Origin: Thermodesulfobacteriota bacterium
GTDB lineage: Bacteria; Desulfobacterota; Desulfarculia; JACQYL01
Reading direction: 5' to 3'
DNA length: 64,000 nucleotides
Assembly: GCA_963675595.2 (NCBI GenBank)
Contig: CAXXLZ010000002.1
Location: 576,001-640,000 of the forward strand
The position numbers and the translations under genes were made by a program. A model generated the notes under the pieces. That model ran no database searches. It was not told the origin of the DNA and saw nothing but the letters and a program-made list of their open reading frames with translations. Positions 41,130 to 51,572 of the stretch are shown one piece after another. The first letter of the stretch is position 1. Every line of letters starts with the position of its first letter.

Positions 41130-42652
41130 TGGCAATGGAACTGAAGCAAAGCCTGAGATTGTCGCAGCAACTGATCATGACGCCTCAGTTGCAGCAGACG
41201 ATCAAGCTTCTCCAGCTCTCACGCCTCGAGCTGATCGACACGATTCATGAGGAATTGGAAACCAATCCGTTGCTCGACGAGTCCGGACCGGAAATGGACG
41301 CCGGTTCCGAGGACGGTTCGAAACAACCCTCGGAGGACCAGCCGGCAGGCGACCTCACCCAGGCCATGGAATCCCCTTTCCTGCCGGAGTCTCCGCCCGG
41401 GATGGACACTCCGGACCAACACGAACAGCAGACCGGCGAGAGTTTCGACTGGGAAGCCTACAATGATTCCTTCTCTCATAAGGCTCCCTATGAGTTTGAA
41501 GCGTCCGAGGCCCCGTCGTTCGAGAACTTTCTGTCCAAAGAGGAGGACCTTTCCGATCATCTGCTCTGGCAGTTGCGCCTCTCCGACGTATCCGACGACC
41601 AGATGCTCATCGGGGCCGAGATCATCGGGAACCTGAACGAAGACGGCTACCTCATCGCTTCGGTGGAGGAAATCGCGGCCGCGGTGGGACAGCCCGTGGA
41701 GGAAGTGGAAAGGGTTCTCGAAGTGATCCAGGAATTCGATCCACCCGGGGTGGCGGCCAGAAATGTCAGGGAATGTCTCCTGAACCAAATGCGTATTCTG
41801 GAAATCCACAACCCCATCGCCGAGAAGGCCGTAGCGGAACATCTGGACTTGCTGGAAAACAAGAATTATGCCCTATTGAGCAAGAAGCTTCACTGCTCGT
41901 TGGACGACATTCACAGTGCACTGGGGGTCATTACCCACCTTGAACCCAGGCCGGGACGCTTGTACCAGACGGAACCTCCTCGCTACATCACTCCCGACAT
42001 CTACATTCACAAAGTGGAAGACGGATTCGTGATCACGCAAAACGAGGACGGCCTTCCCAAACTCAAAGTGAACAGCCTGTATCGGGAAGCGCTCAGCGGC
42101 TCCCAAGCGGTGGGGCCTGACGCCAAGCAATACATCCAGGAAAAGCTCCGATCCGCCATGTGGCTCATCAAGAGCATCCACCAGAGACAACGAACCATCT
42201 ACAAGGTGGCGGAGAGCATCCTGAAATTCCAGAGGGAATTTTTCGAGCACGGAATCGAACACCTCAGGCCGCTCATTCTCAAAGACGTGGCTGAGGATAT
42301 CAGTATGCACGAATCCACCATCAGCCGAGTTACCTCGAACAAATATGCGCACACTCCCCAAGGCATTTATAATTTGAAGTTCTTCTTCAACAGCGCCATC
42401 GGTCGCTCGGACGGGGACTCCATGGCCTCCGAAAGCGTCAAGGCCAAGATTCGCCAAGTCATCCAAGGAGAAGATCCGGGAAAGCCTTTCAGCGACAATA
42501 GAATCGTGGAGCTGCTTGAAAAGGAAGGGATCAACATCGCCAGACGCACCGTGGCCAAATATCGGGAAGCCATGGGTATCCTGCCGTCAAGCAAGAGAAA
42601 GGATCCCTTCGCAAAAACCGGCAAGGAATCCGGCAAGAAAAGAACTGCGTAA
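41129..42652 (+). CDS. rpoN: RNA polymerase sigma-54
   Basis: MTPQLQQTIKLLQL, HESTISR, ARRTVAKYRE. Confidence 0.98.
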   Translation: MAMELKQSLRLSQQLIMTPQLQQTIKLLQLSRLELIDTIHEELETNPLLDESGPEMDAGSEDGSKQPSEDQPAGDLTQAMESPFLPESPPGMDTPDQHEQQTGESFDWEAYNDSFSHKAPYEFEASEAPSFENFLSKEEDLSDHLLWQLRLSDVSDDQMLIGAEIIGNLNEDGYLIASVEEIAAAVGQPVEEVERVLEVIQEFDPPGVAARNVRECLLNQMRILEIHNPIAEKAVAEHLDLLENKNYALLSKKLHCSLDDIHSALGVITHLEPRPGRLYQTEPPRYITPDIYIHKVEDGFVITQNEDGLPKLKVNSLYREALSGSQAVGPDAKQYIQEKLRSAMWLIKSIHQRQRTIYKVAESILKFQREFFEHGIEHLRPLILKDVAEDISMHESTISRVTSNKYAHTPQGIYNLKFFFNSAIGRSDGDSMASESVKAKIRQVIQGEDPGKPFSDNRIVELLEKEGINIARRTVAKYREAMGILPSSKRKDPFAKTGKESGKKRTA

Positions 42653-42744
42653 TTATCTTTCCGGGGATTCGTCATAAGGAGATCGAGCCTCCCCATTGCC
42701 GGAGTTTTCCATTACAATTTCAGTTCTTGAAGGAGGAAGTCCAA

Positions 42745-43281
42745 ATGCAGGTGAATGTCACCTTCAGGCATGTCGAACCTTCGGATGCCATCAAGCAATA
42801 TGCCGTTGACCGTCTGAATCGACTGGATAAGTTCATCGATACGGCGGGTGAAGCTCACGTGGTGTTGAGCGTTGAGAAGTTCAGGCACATGGCCGATGTT
42901 ACGATCAGCTTCAACGGATACAACATCAAAGGAGCTGAAGAAACGGGCGACCTTTACTCGGCCATCGACATGGTCATGGACAAGCTGGAACGACAGGTCA
43001 AGAAATATCGAGGCAAGATCAAGAAGAGAAAAACGGGACACAAGGAAGAATCGATCCGTTACACGATGGACGTCATCTCCACCGAAGGGGAGGAAGAGGA
43101 CAGCCTCAAAATCGTCGAAACCCAGAACGAATCCGCCAAGCCCATGGACGTGGAAGAAGCCGTCATGCAGTTGGACCTGACCGGTTTGGATTTCCTGGTG
43201 TTCAAGAATTCCACCACCCAACAAATTAATGTGATCTATCGGCGCAAGGACGGGCACTTCGGTCTGATTCAGCCCGAGTAA
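42745..43281 (+). CDS. hpf: Ribosome hibernation factor (long HPF)
   Basis: DLYSAID..KLERQ, KPMDVEEAVMQ, VIYRRKDG. Confidence 0.94.
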   Translation: MQVNVTFRHVEPSDAIKQYAVDRLNRLDKFIDTAGEAHVVLSVEKFRHMADVTISFNGYNIKGAEETGDLYSAIDMVMDKLERQVKKYRGKIKKRKTGHKEESIRYTMDVISTEGEEEDSLKIVETQNESAKPMDVEEAVMQLDLTGLDFLVFKNSTTQQINVIYRRKDGHFGLIQPE

Positions 43282-43561
43282 GCCGAACACTGAGCCTTTC
43301 GCCCGGTCTGGGAGGGATTCCGGAGCCGCGGCAAGCCGGCGTCGGCGACATGAGCCGCCGGCGGCCCCGACTCTCCGCAATTACGCGTGGTGATCCCGGT
43401 GCCGTGCCGCCCGACGAACCGAGGACGCCATGGGGAGTTGCTTTCCGGCACCGTGGCCGGGATTCGGTGTGTGAACCCAGCGCGTGGCTCGTGCAGGGTT
43501 CTCTCGTGATCCTGAGGGTCCCGACCCGGGTTTCCGGAAAACCCTCCCAAAGGATGTTTCC

Positions 43562-44023
43562 ATGAAGTTGACCGACCTGCTGAAAGAAGAAAATATCATC
43601 GCGGACATCACTTCCCGCGACAAGAGCGGCGTCCTGCACGAACTGGTGAAGGGCTTCGCGGAGCAGACCGAAGACCTCGGTGAGGAAGAGTTTTTCGAGG
43701 TGCTCTCCGAACGAGAAAAACTCGGGAGTACCGGTATCGGCAACGGAGTCGCCATCCCTCACGGAAAACTGAAGCATTTGAGCAGGCATCTCATTTCATT
43801 CGGGCGAAGCCGCGACGGGATCGAATTCGACAGTATCGACGGGAAACCGGCCAGCCTGTTTTTTGTCCTTGTGGCTCCGGAGAATTCCTCCGGAGAACAC
43901 CTGAAGATACTTGCAAAGATATCGAAGATGCTGAAGAACAAGGACTTTCGTTCGAGACTTATCAAGGCCGAAGACCGCGAAGAAATTCACCGAGTGATCT
44001 CGGACTTCGATCAGGAATTCTGA
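43562..44023 (+). CDS. ptsN: PTS EIIA (Ntr/fructose type)
   Basis: REKLGSTGIGNGVAIPHGK; in the rpoN operon. Confidence 0.9.
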   Translation: MKLTDLLKEENIIADITSRDKSGVLHELVKGFAEQTEDLGEEEFFEVLSEREKLGSTGIGNGVAIPHGKLKHLSRHLISFGRSRDGIEFDSIDGKPASLFFVLVAPENSSGEHLKILAKISKMLKNKDFRSRLIKAEDREEIHRVISDFDQEF

Positions 44024-44093
44024 AAAATCCGGACCCGAGGGGCACACGGAACGAATTCGCTTCCCCCTCCGAAGGCGAGAAGAACCGATTCCC

Positions 44094-44963
44094 ATGAGCA
44101 ATTCTCCCATCGTGATCATCACAGGTCTTTCGGGGTCGGGAAAAAGCACCGCCATCAAGGCCTTGGAAGACTCGGGCTTCTTCTGTATCGACAATTTGCC
44201 TCTGGTTCTCCTGCCTAAACTTCTGGACCTGAAAAACGAATTCGCCCAGGGAACCTTCAAGTTGGCCCTCGTAACGGACTTGAGGGAGAAGGATTTCGTG
44301 GATCGGTATCCCGGGACGTTCAAGGAATTGGAACGTCAGGGTTATCATGCGGAGATCATCTTTCTTGAGTCTTCGGACCAATCCCTGATACGCCGCTACA
44401 GCCAAACCCGAAGGCAGCACCCCCTCAGCCGCCCCGGAGTCTCATTGGGCGAGAGTATCCGGGAAGAACGGGGGAGGCTGTCCGATCTCCGTGATATGGC
44501 GAATCGTGTGATCGACACGTCCAACTTGACGATCCACGATTTACGGGCGCTGATCATCGATCACGTAACGAACGTCCCGCTGGCGGAACGCATGCGGATC
44601 GATCTGTTGTCCTTCGGATACAAGTTCGGTCTTCCCTACGAAGCGGACCTGGTGATGGATGTTCGCTTCCTGCCCAACCCATTTTTCGTACAAGAGCTGA
44701 AGAACAAAGATGGAAGGGACCCGGAGGTCGCGAGCTACGCTCTGGGAAAAGATCACGCCGCACCTTTCCTGGAAAAATTCGGAGACCTGCTGCTGACTCT
44801 CATCCCGCTTTATCGGCAGGAAGGCAAGTCGTACCTGACCATAGCGGTAGGTTGTACGGGCGGAAGACATCGGAGTGTGGCGGTCACGGAATCCTTGGCC
44901 GATTTTCTGCACCGGAACAATATTCGAGTCTTCTTAAAGCACCGGGACATCGACAAGGAGTAG
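44094..44963 (+). CDS. rapZ: RNase adapter RapZ (YhbJ/YvcJ)
   Basis: TGLSGSGKS, DVRFLPNP, GCTGGRHRSV. Confidence 0.95.
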   Translation: MSNSPIVIITGLSGSGKSTAIKALEDSGFFCIDNLPLVLLPKLLDLKNEFAQGTFKLALVTDLREKDFVDRYPGTFKELERQGYHAEIIFLESSDQSLIRRYSQTRRQHPLSRPGVSLGESIREERGRLSDLRDMANRVIDTSNLTIHDLRALIIDHVTNVPLAERMRIDLLSFGYKFGLPYEADLVMDVRFLPNPFFVQELKNKDGRDPEVASYALGKDHAAPFLEKFGDLLLTLIPLYRQEGKSYLTIAVGCTGGRHRSVAVTESLADFLHRNNIRVFLKHRDIDKE

Positions 44964-44967
44964 CCTA

Positions 44968-45375
44968 ATGGTAGGCGTGTTGATCATCACTCATCTGAGA
45001 CTTGCGGAAGAACTGCTGAAGACTGCCGAATTCATCGTGGGAAGAATACAACAGGTGCGTACTCTGTGCTTGGCCCCGGACACCGATGTCGACCATCTGC
45101 ACAAAGACATCGAAAAAGCGATTAAGGAAGTCGACGACGGAGACGGCGTGTTGCTCCTTGTGGACATGCTCGGCGGAACCCCTTCGAATTTGGGGCTTTC
45201 CTTTCTGGAAGAAGGCCGCATCGAAGTGGTCACGGGAGTGAACCTCCCCATGGTGCTGAAACTCGCGAACCGCGGCGATCAATCAACCCTGTCCGAAGTA
45301 GCCGGTGAGATTCTCAACGCGGGACAGCGCGGCATTTCTTTGGCAGGCGACATATTGAACTGGAAGAGCCGATAG
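44968..45375 (+). CDS. PTS mannose-family EIIA
   Basis: IITH, DMLGGTPSN, GVNLPM. Confidence 0.92.
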   Translation: MVGVLIITHLRLAEELLKTAEFIVGRIQQVRTLCLAPDTDVDHLHKDIEKAIKEVDDGDGVLLLVDMLGGTPSNLGLSFLEEGRIEVVTGVNLPMVLKLANRGDQSTLSEVAGEILNAGQRGISLAGDILNWKSR

Positions 45376-45378
45376 CCT

Positions 45379-45864
45379 ATGTCCCTGAGTCTTGTCCGTA
45401 TCGATTGCCGATTGATTCACGGGCAGGTACTGAACGCCTGGGTTCCCCATGTGCGATCGGACCGCATCGTGGTGGCGGATGACGATTTGGCGCTGAACAG
45501 TTTACGTCAAGCGATCATATCCGCTTCGGTGCCTCGGTCCCTGGAGGTCAAAATCGACACGGTGGAAGGCGCCGTGACCGACCTGTTACGGAACGGTTCG
45601 GGGAAGAATAGAGTGCTCCTTCTCTTCTCCGATTGTCGTAATGCCCGGAGGGCCTATTCCCTGGGACTGCATTTTCCCGCAATCAACGTGGGAAACATCC
45701 ATTTTTGTGAAGGAGCGCACGCCGTAACCTCGAGCGTGGCTTTGAGCGCGGCGGATTACAATTGTCTTAAGGAACTTGAGTGGGAAGGCGTGGAAGTTGA
45801 GCTTCGAGCGGTACCCGGAGATCGACGCCTCCGTCTCAAAGATATAGCGTCGATTGCCCAGTAG
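45379..45864 (+). CDS. PTS mannose-family EIIB
   Basis: RIDCRLIHGQV, INVGN. Confidence 0.92.
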   Translation: MSLSLVRIDCRLIHGQVLNAWVPHVRSDRIVVADDDLALNSLRQAIISASVPRSLEVKIDTVEGAVTDLLRNGSGKNRVLLLFSDCRNARRAYSLGLHFPAINVGNIHFCEGAHAVTSSVALSAADYNCLKELEWEGVEVELRAVPGDRRLRLKDIASIAQ

Positions 45865-45994
45865 CTTCCGGGGGACCGCCCCCCTCCGCCCCGGCCCATC
45901 GAAACACGGTCCCATTCCCCATAGGGCGGTCAGGCCGATTTCTGAAGCCGTCCGGTGTTCTCACATTACGCATACCCGTCCAACGGATGGAAGA

Positions 45995-46678
45995 ATGGTC
46001 TGGTTCTGTCTAAAACTGAGCCTGTTTGGCGCTCTCCTGTGGCTGGACCGTTCCCATGCGTTCCAGTTCATGATCAGTCGTCCCATCGTTGCCGGGCCCC
46101 TTGTGGGTCTATGTCTCGGGAATCCTTTAGACGGGCTGATCGTAGGGGGCATGCTCGAATTGTTGTGGGCTAGAAACCTTCCCTTGGGAAGCAGCGCGCC
46201 GCCTGATGAAACAATGATCGCCCTTCTGCTGCCGGCGGTGGGCGCCCTGGGTGTCGACACCGGGCTGGAAAGCAGGCACGCGGACTTGATGTACGGATTC
46301 TGGATATTCCTGCCCGCGGCCTATTTCAACCGAAGGATGGATATGAAACTTCGCGCGCTGAACAACCGGCTCAACCGGGCCGCCCTGCGCGCCGTGGAGC
46401 GAGGAAACCCGGAGAAAATCGGACGCTACAATCTCGCGGGCATGATTCCGGCCTATTTCACTACCGCTTCAGTCCTGTTTCTGTGCGGACTCGCCGGCCT
46501 CTCCTTCTTTCTTTATACCTTCCCGCTGTTGCCCAAGCCGGTACTCAAAGCACTGGACCTGATGGTTTACGTAGTCCCGCTTCTTGGAGTGGCTTCGGCT
46601 CTCCACAACGTCAAGGGAATCAAGAACGTACTGATCCTTACGGGTTCTTTCGCACTTTTTGTGATTCTGCTGAAATGA
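45995..46678 (+). CDS. PTS mannose-family EIIC
   Basis: QFMISRPIVAGPLVG, GGMLELLW..LPLGSSAPPD. Confidence 0.88.
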   Translation: MVWFCLKLSLFGALLWLDRSHAFQFMISRPIVAGPLVGLCLGNPLDGLIVGGMLELLWARNLPLGSSAPPDETMIALLLPAVGALGVDTGLESRHADLMYGFWIFLPAAYFNRRMDMKLRALNNRLNRAALRAVERGNPEKIGRYNLAGMIPAYFTTASVLFLCGLAGLSFFLYTFPLLPKPVLKALDLMVYVVPLLGVASALHNVKGIKNVLILTGSFALFVILLK

Positions 46679-47133
46679 GCCCTCCCCTCCCCTGCAGGAT
46701 CACTCCTGTTGAAGAAGAAGACCTTCCCTGGGTTGCCTCCGTGGCCCGAACCGCTTTCCTCGACCCATGGACCTTGGAGATGTTCCGAGACGAGTTCCGA
46801 AAACCCGAGACCCTCACCTGCAAAGGAAGTTTCGGAGGAGTTCCGGCGGGGTATATTTTCTGTGCCCGAATCCTGGATGAGTGGGAGATCCTGAGTCTGG
46901 CGGTTGAATCCGCGTTCCGTCGCCTCGGTACGGCCCGCGCTCTCCTGGATGAGACGGTACGGCAGGCACGGAATTCTTCCTGTCGCAGGATTCTTCTGGA
47001 GGTGAACGAAGGGAACGCGCCTGCGATCGCCCTGTACGAAGGATTCGGGTTTCAGGCGATGGGGCGTCGCCCCGGGTACTATCCGGAGGACGGTTCGGAC
47101 GCTCTGCTGATGGAACTTCTAATCCACCCTTAA
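46675..47133 (+). CDS. rimI: Ribosomal protein alanine N-acetyltransferase
   Basis: LAV..RRLGTA, LLEV..N..AIALYEGFGF..GRRPGYY. Confidence 0.88.
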   Translation: MSPPLPCRITPVEEEDLPWVASVARTAFLDPWTLEMFRDEFRKPETLTCKGSFGGVPAGYIFCARILDEWEILSLAVESAFRRLGTARALLDETVRQARNSSCRRILLEVNEGNAPAIALYEGFGFQAMGRRPGYYPEDGSDALLMELLIHP

Positions 47134-47305
47134 AATCGACCTGCAATTGTAACCCCGAAGTCGTTTGTGCTATCCTTTTTATTGATTCTTTTGTCAGGGT
47201 TGAAGACATGATCCTTATATTGCCGGCATGGCGGCCCCGGGGTTGTCGCCGGTACGGACGCGACCGGCGATCGTTTTGTGCCGCAGTACTCGCGGAAGTG
47301 TCGGA

Positions 47306-50300
47306 ATGGATATAAATCCGAAAATCACTCGCAGGCTCAGAGAGATTCCCATTAAATCTCAGGCGCTGGCCGCCAACCTTGCGGCTTGCCCGGTCCATGA
47401 CACCATTAACGATGAGTTCATGGTGCTCCGGAATGTGATCGCCGAATATGCGGGCCTGGTCCAATCCACAAATGAGTTTCTCTGCGAATTGGGCCACCCC
47501 ACCAAGAATTGGCGCTACATTATCGATGAGGCAAAGGCCTACGCCCTGAAGTTTCTTCATCTCATTCGCCGCCATCCCAACGGACCCGAGGCGGCGGAAG
47601 TGTTGGTTTCCGTGTTCCTGAACGCTTCGGCGGAAGCCAAGGACCCCGCTGTACGTGCGGACGCGCTGGATTACCTGATCCTGTTTCTGGAAAGGTTGTC
47701 GGGAGAATTGCAGGGGCCCGCAGACTCCTTTGCTTCCGTGGTGCCGGGCGCCTTATCGAAACTGAAAGCTCTTTCGGACGAGCTGTTCTTGCCGGTTGCG
47801 TCCGGCCTCTATCCCTTGGACAAGGCCGTTCGAGTTTTCGTGGAACGCACCGATTTTCAGGTGGGGACCTCGGTTTGCATCGAGATTCTCATGCGTTATT
47901 ACCGCACCGTATACGACTACTGGTTGGCACAGGAAGACCCCCAACCCTGGCTGGAGAACGAGACCGGCATGCCGGTTTCCGACCCCAAGGCGGCGGAATT
48001 GTTCCGGACGGTATCCCACGAGGCCATTCACAAGCACCTTGAAACCATGCGTCAATTGTCGCACCTGGACGGCACGGCGCGGCTCAAAGGCTTGTTGGCT
48101 CTTCCCGGTTACAAAGCCTGGGTGTCCACCTACCGGACTCTCGCCCTCCGTCTGGCTTCGTCGCAGGATTCGACTCCCGAGGATATGGTTCGAAAGATGA
48201 TCTTCCTGTTCAGGATCATCGACATTCAGGGGCTGGCCAGGATTCACGAAGAAGTTCTCCGCCAACTGAACCGAACACTTGGATGGATTCTCGCGGGTCA
48301 AGACCGTGAAACCGTGGCCGACCTCGTGAAAAAGACCTTCGACGTGCTCAAACGCAGCGCGGACCGATACCCCCAAACCGCTCTGGACTGCATCCAAAGC
48401 ATGGGGCGGAATATCATCTCCTCCGACGATCTCGAATTGGCCGATTTCTTCGTCAGATGGACCGTAGCTTTCGGTTTTCAGTACCCGAGGGTTTCCGGGA
48501 TGAACGAGGATTGGCAGGTTCTGGCCAACGACGCCCATCTGAAAAACATCCGAGTATGGCTGGACCTCATCAAGACCAATCCTTTCAGGACCAAGAGACT
48601 GCTCTCGGCCCTGGTGATCAATTTGGCGCTCGGCGGCGTATTTATTCGAGACACGGACCTTTTTCCCAGAGACGTGACCGATCTGTTGAATGCGGAGGTT
48701 CGCCCCGTATACAACCTGGTAAAGCAGTTCGCCCGACTTCTTCCCGTATATTTCAACGACATCGGAGCCGAAGGGGAGCTCAGGGACATATCTACGGAAA
48801 TGGACGAAGTCCATCGACGGAACGATCGGCTCGTGCACTTCCTGAGAAAACAGACCCACGTGGAAAGCAGCAACCTCACCGTGCTGCTGGCTGAACGGAC
48901 TTTGGGGTTCTGGTTGAACCGGGACAAGGAACCTCTCCGGGAACTGCTGCCGCCTTCCATTTTCGACTGGATCCAGGACTCGGGGCCCTATGTGGACGGA
49001 GCCCACGTGGTTCTTGGAGAACTCATGGAGGGATTGGGCGCCTCAAAGATCCAGGACTTGCAGACGCCCGCGCGAGAGGCCATCGAATCCAGAATTCGCA
49101 ACGTCCGCCAGGTTTCCGAAGGTGAAAAGACACGGGTGCGCCTGGTGATCCGTCTGTATCGGCTTCTCTTCCAGAAGTACAATCTGGGTTTCCAGGACTT
49201 CGCCGCCCAGCTCAAGCCTTACGAAGTCATGGGGTTTCCCCGAATCCCCCAGTTACTCAAAGGCCTCAAGAGCCGTTCCATCGCCGGCCGTCTGGACGCA
49301 GCCATCAGTTACCTCGAAACCCTGCAGGAGACCATTCTGTCCCCCGAGGTGTTCCCCGCCACCGAGGATATCTACCGCAAGCGCCACATCGCCGTGGATA
49401 TTCCCAGCATGTACGGGAGCTATCATGAACGAAAGTTCGACGGCCTGAGCCTGACCTTCCGTCTGGAAAACATGGTCAACGTCTGGTTTGAGGAGCTCAA
49501 TGCTCAGATCAATCTGGGATTCATCACCCACGCCACGTTTTTCGACATCTATAAATATCTCAAGCTGTTCCAGAGAGCCCTGGGGGTCGACGGCATCACC
49601 TCGCGTGAACTCGATCACCAGATGGAATTGCTGAGCCGCGCCATGATGGAGCGGGAGTTCGAGCTTTCCCAGTACATCGACGTGTTCAACGGGCTTTCCG
49701 AGGCGGTAAAAAAAATCTTGGACATCCATTACCACAGCGCCTATACGGAGAACTTGGCCCAGATCATCGAGCGGATGGGTATCGATGATTTTCTGCCGAA
49801 GTACGTAAAGGGTTCGCTGGGGGAGGACCGGGCGGAACTCGAGCAGGCCGTGATCGAGCAGTTCCTTAGGGAACGCATTTTCCGGGCCCTGGCCATGCAG
49901 CCTCTGGACAACTTCCTCAATCGAATCCGGCACACTCTGTACGAGGAACTCGACACGGTGCCTCCGGGACAGGCCCGGTTGCTTCTGAGTTACGACCCGC
50001 GGAAAACCATTTGCCCCATCCATCGTCCCAGGCCTTCGGTGAACGATATCATTCACCTGGGTAACAAGGGGTATAACCTGGTTAAGTTGGCCGCCTTGGA
50101 TGTGCCCGTTCCTCAGGGATTCATCATTACCACGGAAGCATTCCGCTGCCGGAGCGTCATCGAAAGGTTCGGTCCCGCCGCCAAGGACTTCCGCGCCCGT
50201 ATTCGGCGCATGGTCCGGGCCATGGAAAAGCAGACCGGCCTTCGGTACGGCGACCCCGAACGTCCTTTGCTCCTCTCCGTGAGAAGCGGCGCGGCGGTAT

Positions 50301-51517
50301 CACAGCCGGGTATGATGGAGACTTTCCTCAACGTGGGGATCAACGAAAACGTGGCACAAGGTCTTGCCACGACAACCGGGAACGGTTGGTTTGCCTGGGA
50401 CTGTTACCGCAGATTTCTGCAAAGCTGGGGCATGTCTCACGAGCTGGAACGAGACGTTTTCGACCGGCTGATGAGGAAATTCAAGAAATTCAAGGGCGTG
50501 GAGTACAAAAGGGAATTTCGGCCTTCGGACATGCGCGACTTGGCCATGAATTATCGGGAAGTCCTGATCGAAAAAAGAGTGGAACTGCCCGATGATCCCT
50601 ACGAGCAACTTTTCGCCACCATCGGCCGCGTATTGGATTCGTGGGATGCGCCCAGGGCCTCGGCCTATCGAAGAATCATGGGCATGTCGGATAGTTGGGG
50701 GACGGCCGTTACCGTGCTCCGAATGATTTACGGAAATCTCAACGACAGTTCGGGATCGGGCGTGGTGTTTTCTCATAGTCCGTTATATCCTGGGGGCAAC
50801 ATCCGTCTGTGGGGAGACTTCACACTCAGAGATCAGGGCGAGGACGTGGTTTCCGGCCTGGTCAGGACACTGCCCATCAACAGACAACAGGCAAAGATTG
50901 AGGACAGGGAAGACCTCCCTTCCATGGATATTCTTTACCCGGAAGTGTACGAGGCGTTGGAAGCCGTGGTGCGGAATCTTGTGGAAGACCGGAACTGGGG
51001 ACCCCAGGACATTGAGTTCACATTCGAGAACCCGACGAAAGACGGACTTCACATTCTACAGGCCAGGGATATGGGTCTAAGAGAACATCGTGAAGAAGCC
51101 GTATTCAATGTCACCGGGAATCTATCCGGTAAGCTCCTCGCTCGGGGACTCGGCGTCAGCGGAGGCGCCATGAGCGGGCGCGTCGTGTTCAGTCTGGAAG
51201 AAATCGAGCGTTGGCGGAAAGACGAACCCGAGACTTCGCTGATTCTGCTGAGATCCGATACCGTACCGGACGACATCAAGGAAATCTGGGCCGCGGACGG
51301 CCTGCTCACCGCAAGAGGAGGCTCCACCTCCCATGCTTCCATTGTGGCCTATCGATTGGGCAAGACCTGTGTCGTAGGATGCAAGGCGCTGTCGTGCCAC
51401 GAGGATGATCGTTATTGCACACTGGACGGTCTGCGAATCGAAGCCGGGGAAGTGCTGTCCATCGACGGCAGGAGCGGTGAGGTCTACGAGGGAAGGATTC
51501 CCATCTCGGCCTCCTGA
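47306..51517 (+). CDS. PPDK-like dikinase: ~900-aa N-terminal region, ATP-grasp and phospho-His domain; no C-terminal PEP/pyruvate barrel
   Basis: LGNKGYNL..VPVPQGF, SVRSGA..PGMM, QGEDVVSG, QDIEFT, LQAR, GGSTSHASIVA; ends ~55 aa after the His motif. Confidence 0.85.
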   Translation: MDINPKITRRLREIPIKSQALAANLAACPVHDTINDEFMVLRNVIAEYAGLVQSTNEFLCELGHPTKNWRYIIDEAKAYALKFLHLIRRHPNGPEAAEVLVSVFLNASAEAKDPAVRADALDYLILFLERLSGELQGPADSFASVVPGALSKLKALSDELFLPVASGLYPLDKAVRVFVERTDFQVGTSVCIEILMRYYRTVYDYWLAQEDPQPWLENETGMPVSDPKAAELFRTVSHEAIHKHLETMRQLSHLDGTARLKGLLALPGYKAWVSTYRTLALRLASSQDSTPEDMVRKMIFLFRIIDIQGLARIHEEVLRQLNRTLGWILAGQDRETVADLVKKTFDVLKRSADRYPQTALDCIQSMGRNIISSDDLELADFFVRWTVAFGFQYPRVSGMNEDWQVLANDAHLKNIRVWLDLIKTNPFRTKRLLSALVINLALGGVFIRDTDLFPRDVTDLLNAEVRPVYNLVKQFARLLPVYFNDIGAEGELRDISTEMDEVHRRNDRLVHFLRKQTHVESSNLTVLLAERTLGFWLNRDKEPLRELLPPSIFDWIQDSGPYVDGAHVVLGELMEGLGASKIQDLQTPAREAIESRIRNVRQVSEGEKTRVRLVIRLYRLLFQKYNLGFQDFAAQLKPYEVMGFPRIPQLLKGLKSRSIAGRLDAAISYLETLQETILSPEVFPATEDIYRKRHIAVDIPSMYGSYHERKFDGLSLTFRLENMVNVWFEELNAQINLGFITHATFFDIYKYLKLFQRALGVDGITSRELDHQMELLSRAMMEREFELSQYIDVFNGLSEAVKKILDIHYHSAYTENLAQIIERMGIDDFLPKYVKGSLGEDRAELEQAVIEQFLRERIFRALAMQPLDNFLNRIRHTLYEELDTVPPGQARLLLSYDPRKTICPIHRPRPSVNDIIHLGNKGYNLVKLAALDVPVPQGFIITTEAFRCRSVIERFGPAAKDFRARIRRMVRAMEKQTGLRYGDPERPLLLSVRSGAAVSQPGMMETFLNVGINENVAQGLATTTGNGWFAWDCYRRFLQSWGMSHELERDVFDRLMRKFKKFKGVEYKREFRPSDMRDLAMNYREVLIEKRVELPDDPYEQLFATIGRVLDSWDAPRASAYRRIMGMSDSWGTAVTVLRMIYGNLNDSSGSGVVFSHSPLYPGGNIRLWGDFTLRDQGEDVVSGLVRTLPINRQQAKIEDREDLPSMDILYPEVYEALEAVVRNLVEDRNWGPQDIEFTFENPTKDGLHILQARDMGLREHREEAVFNVTGNLSGKLLARGLGVSGGAMSGRVVFSLEEIERWRKDEPETSLILLRSDTVPDDIKEIWAADGLLTARGGSTSHASIVAYRLGKTCVVGCKALSCHEDDRYCTLDGLRIEAGEVLSIDGRSGEVYEGRIPISAS

Positions 51518-51572
51518 GGAGGCACACTATAATCCGTTGCGAACCATCATTAGCCAAGGAGGAAACCCTGTA

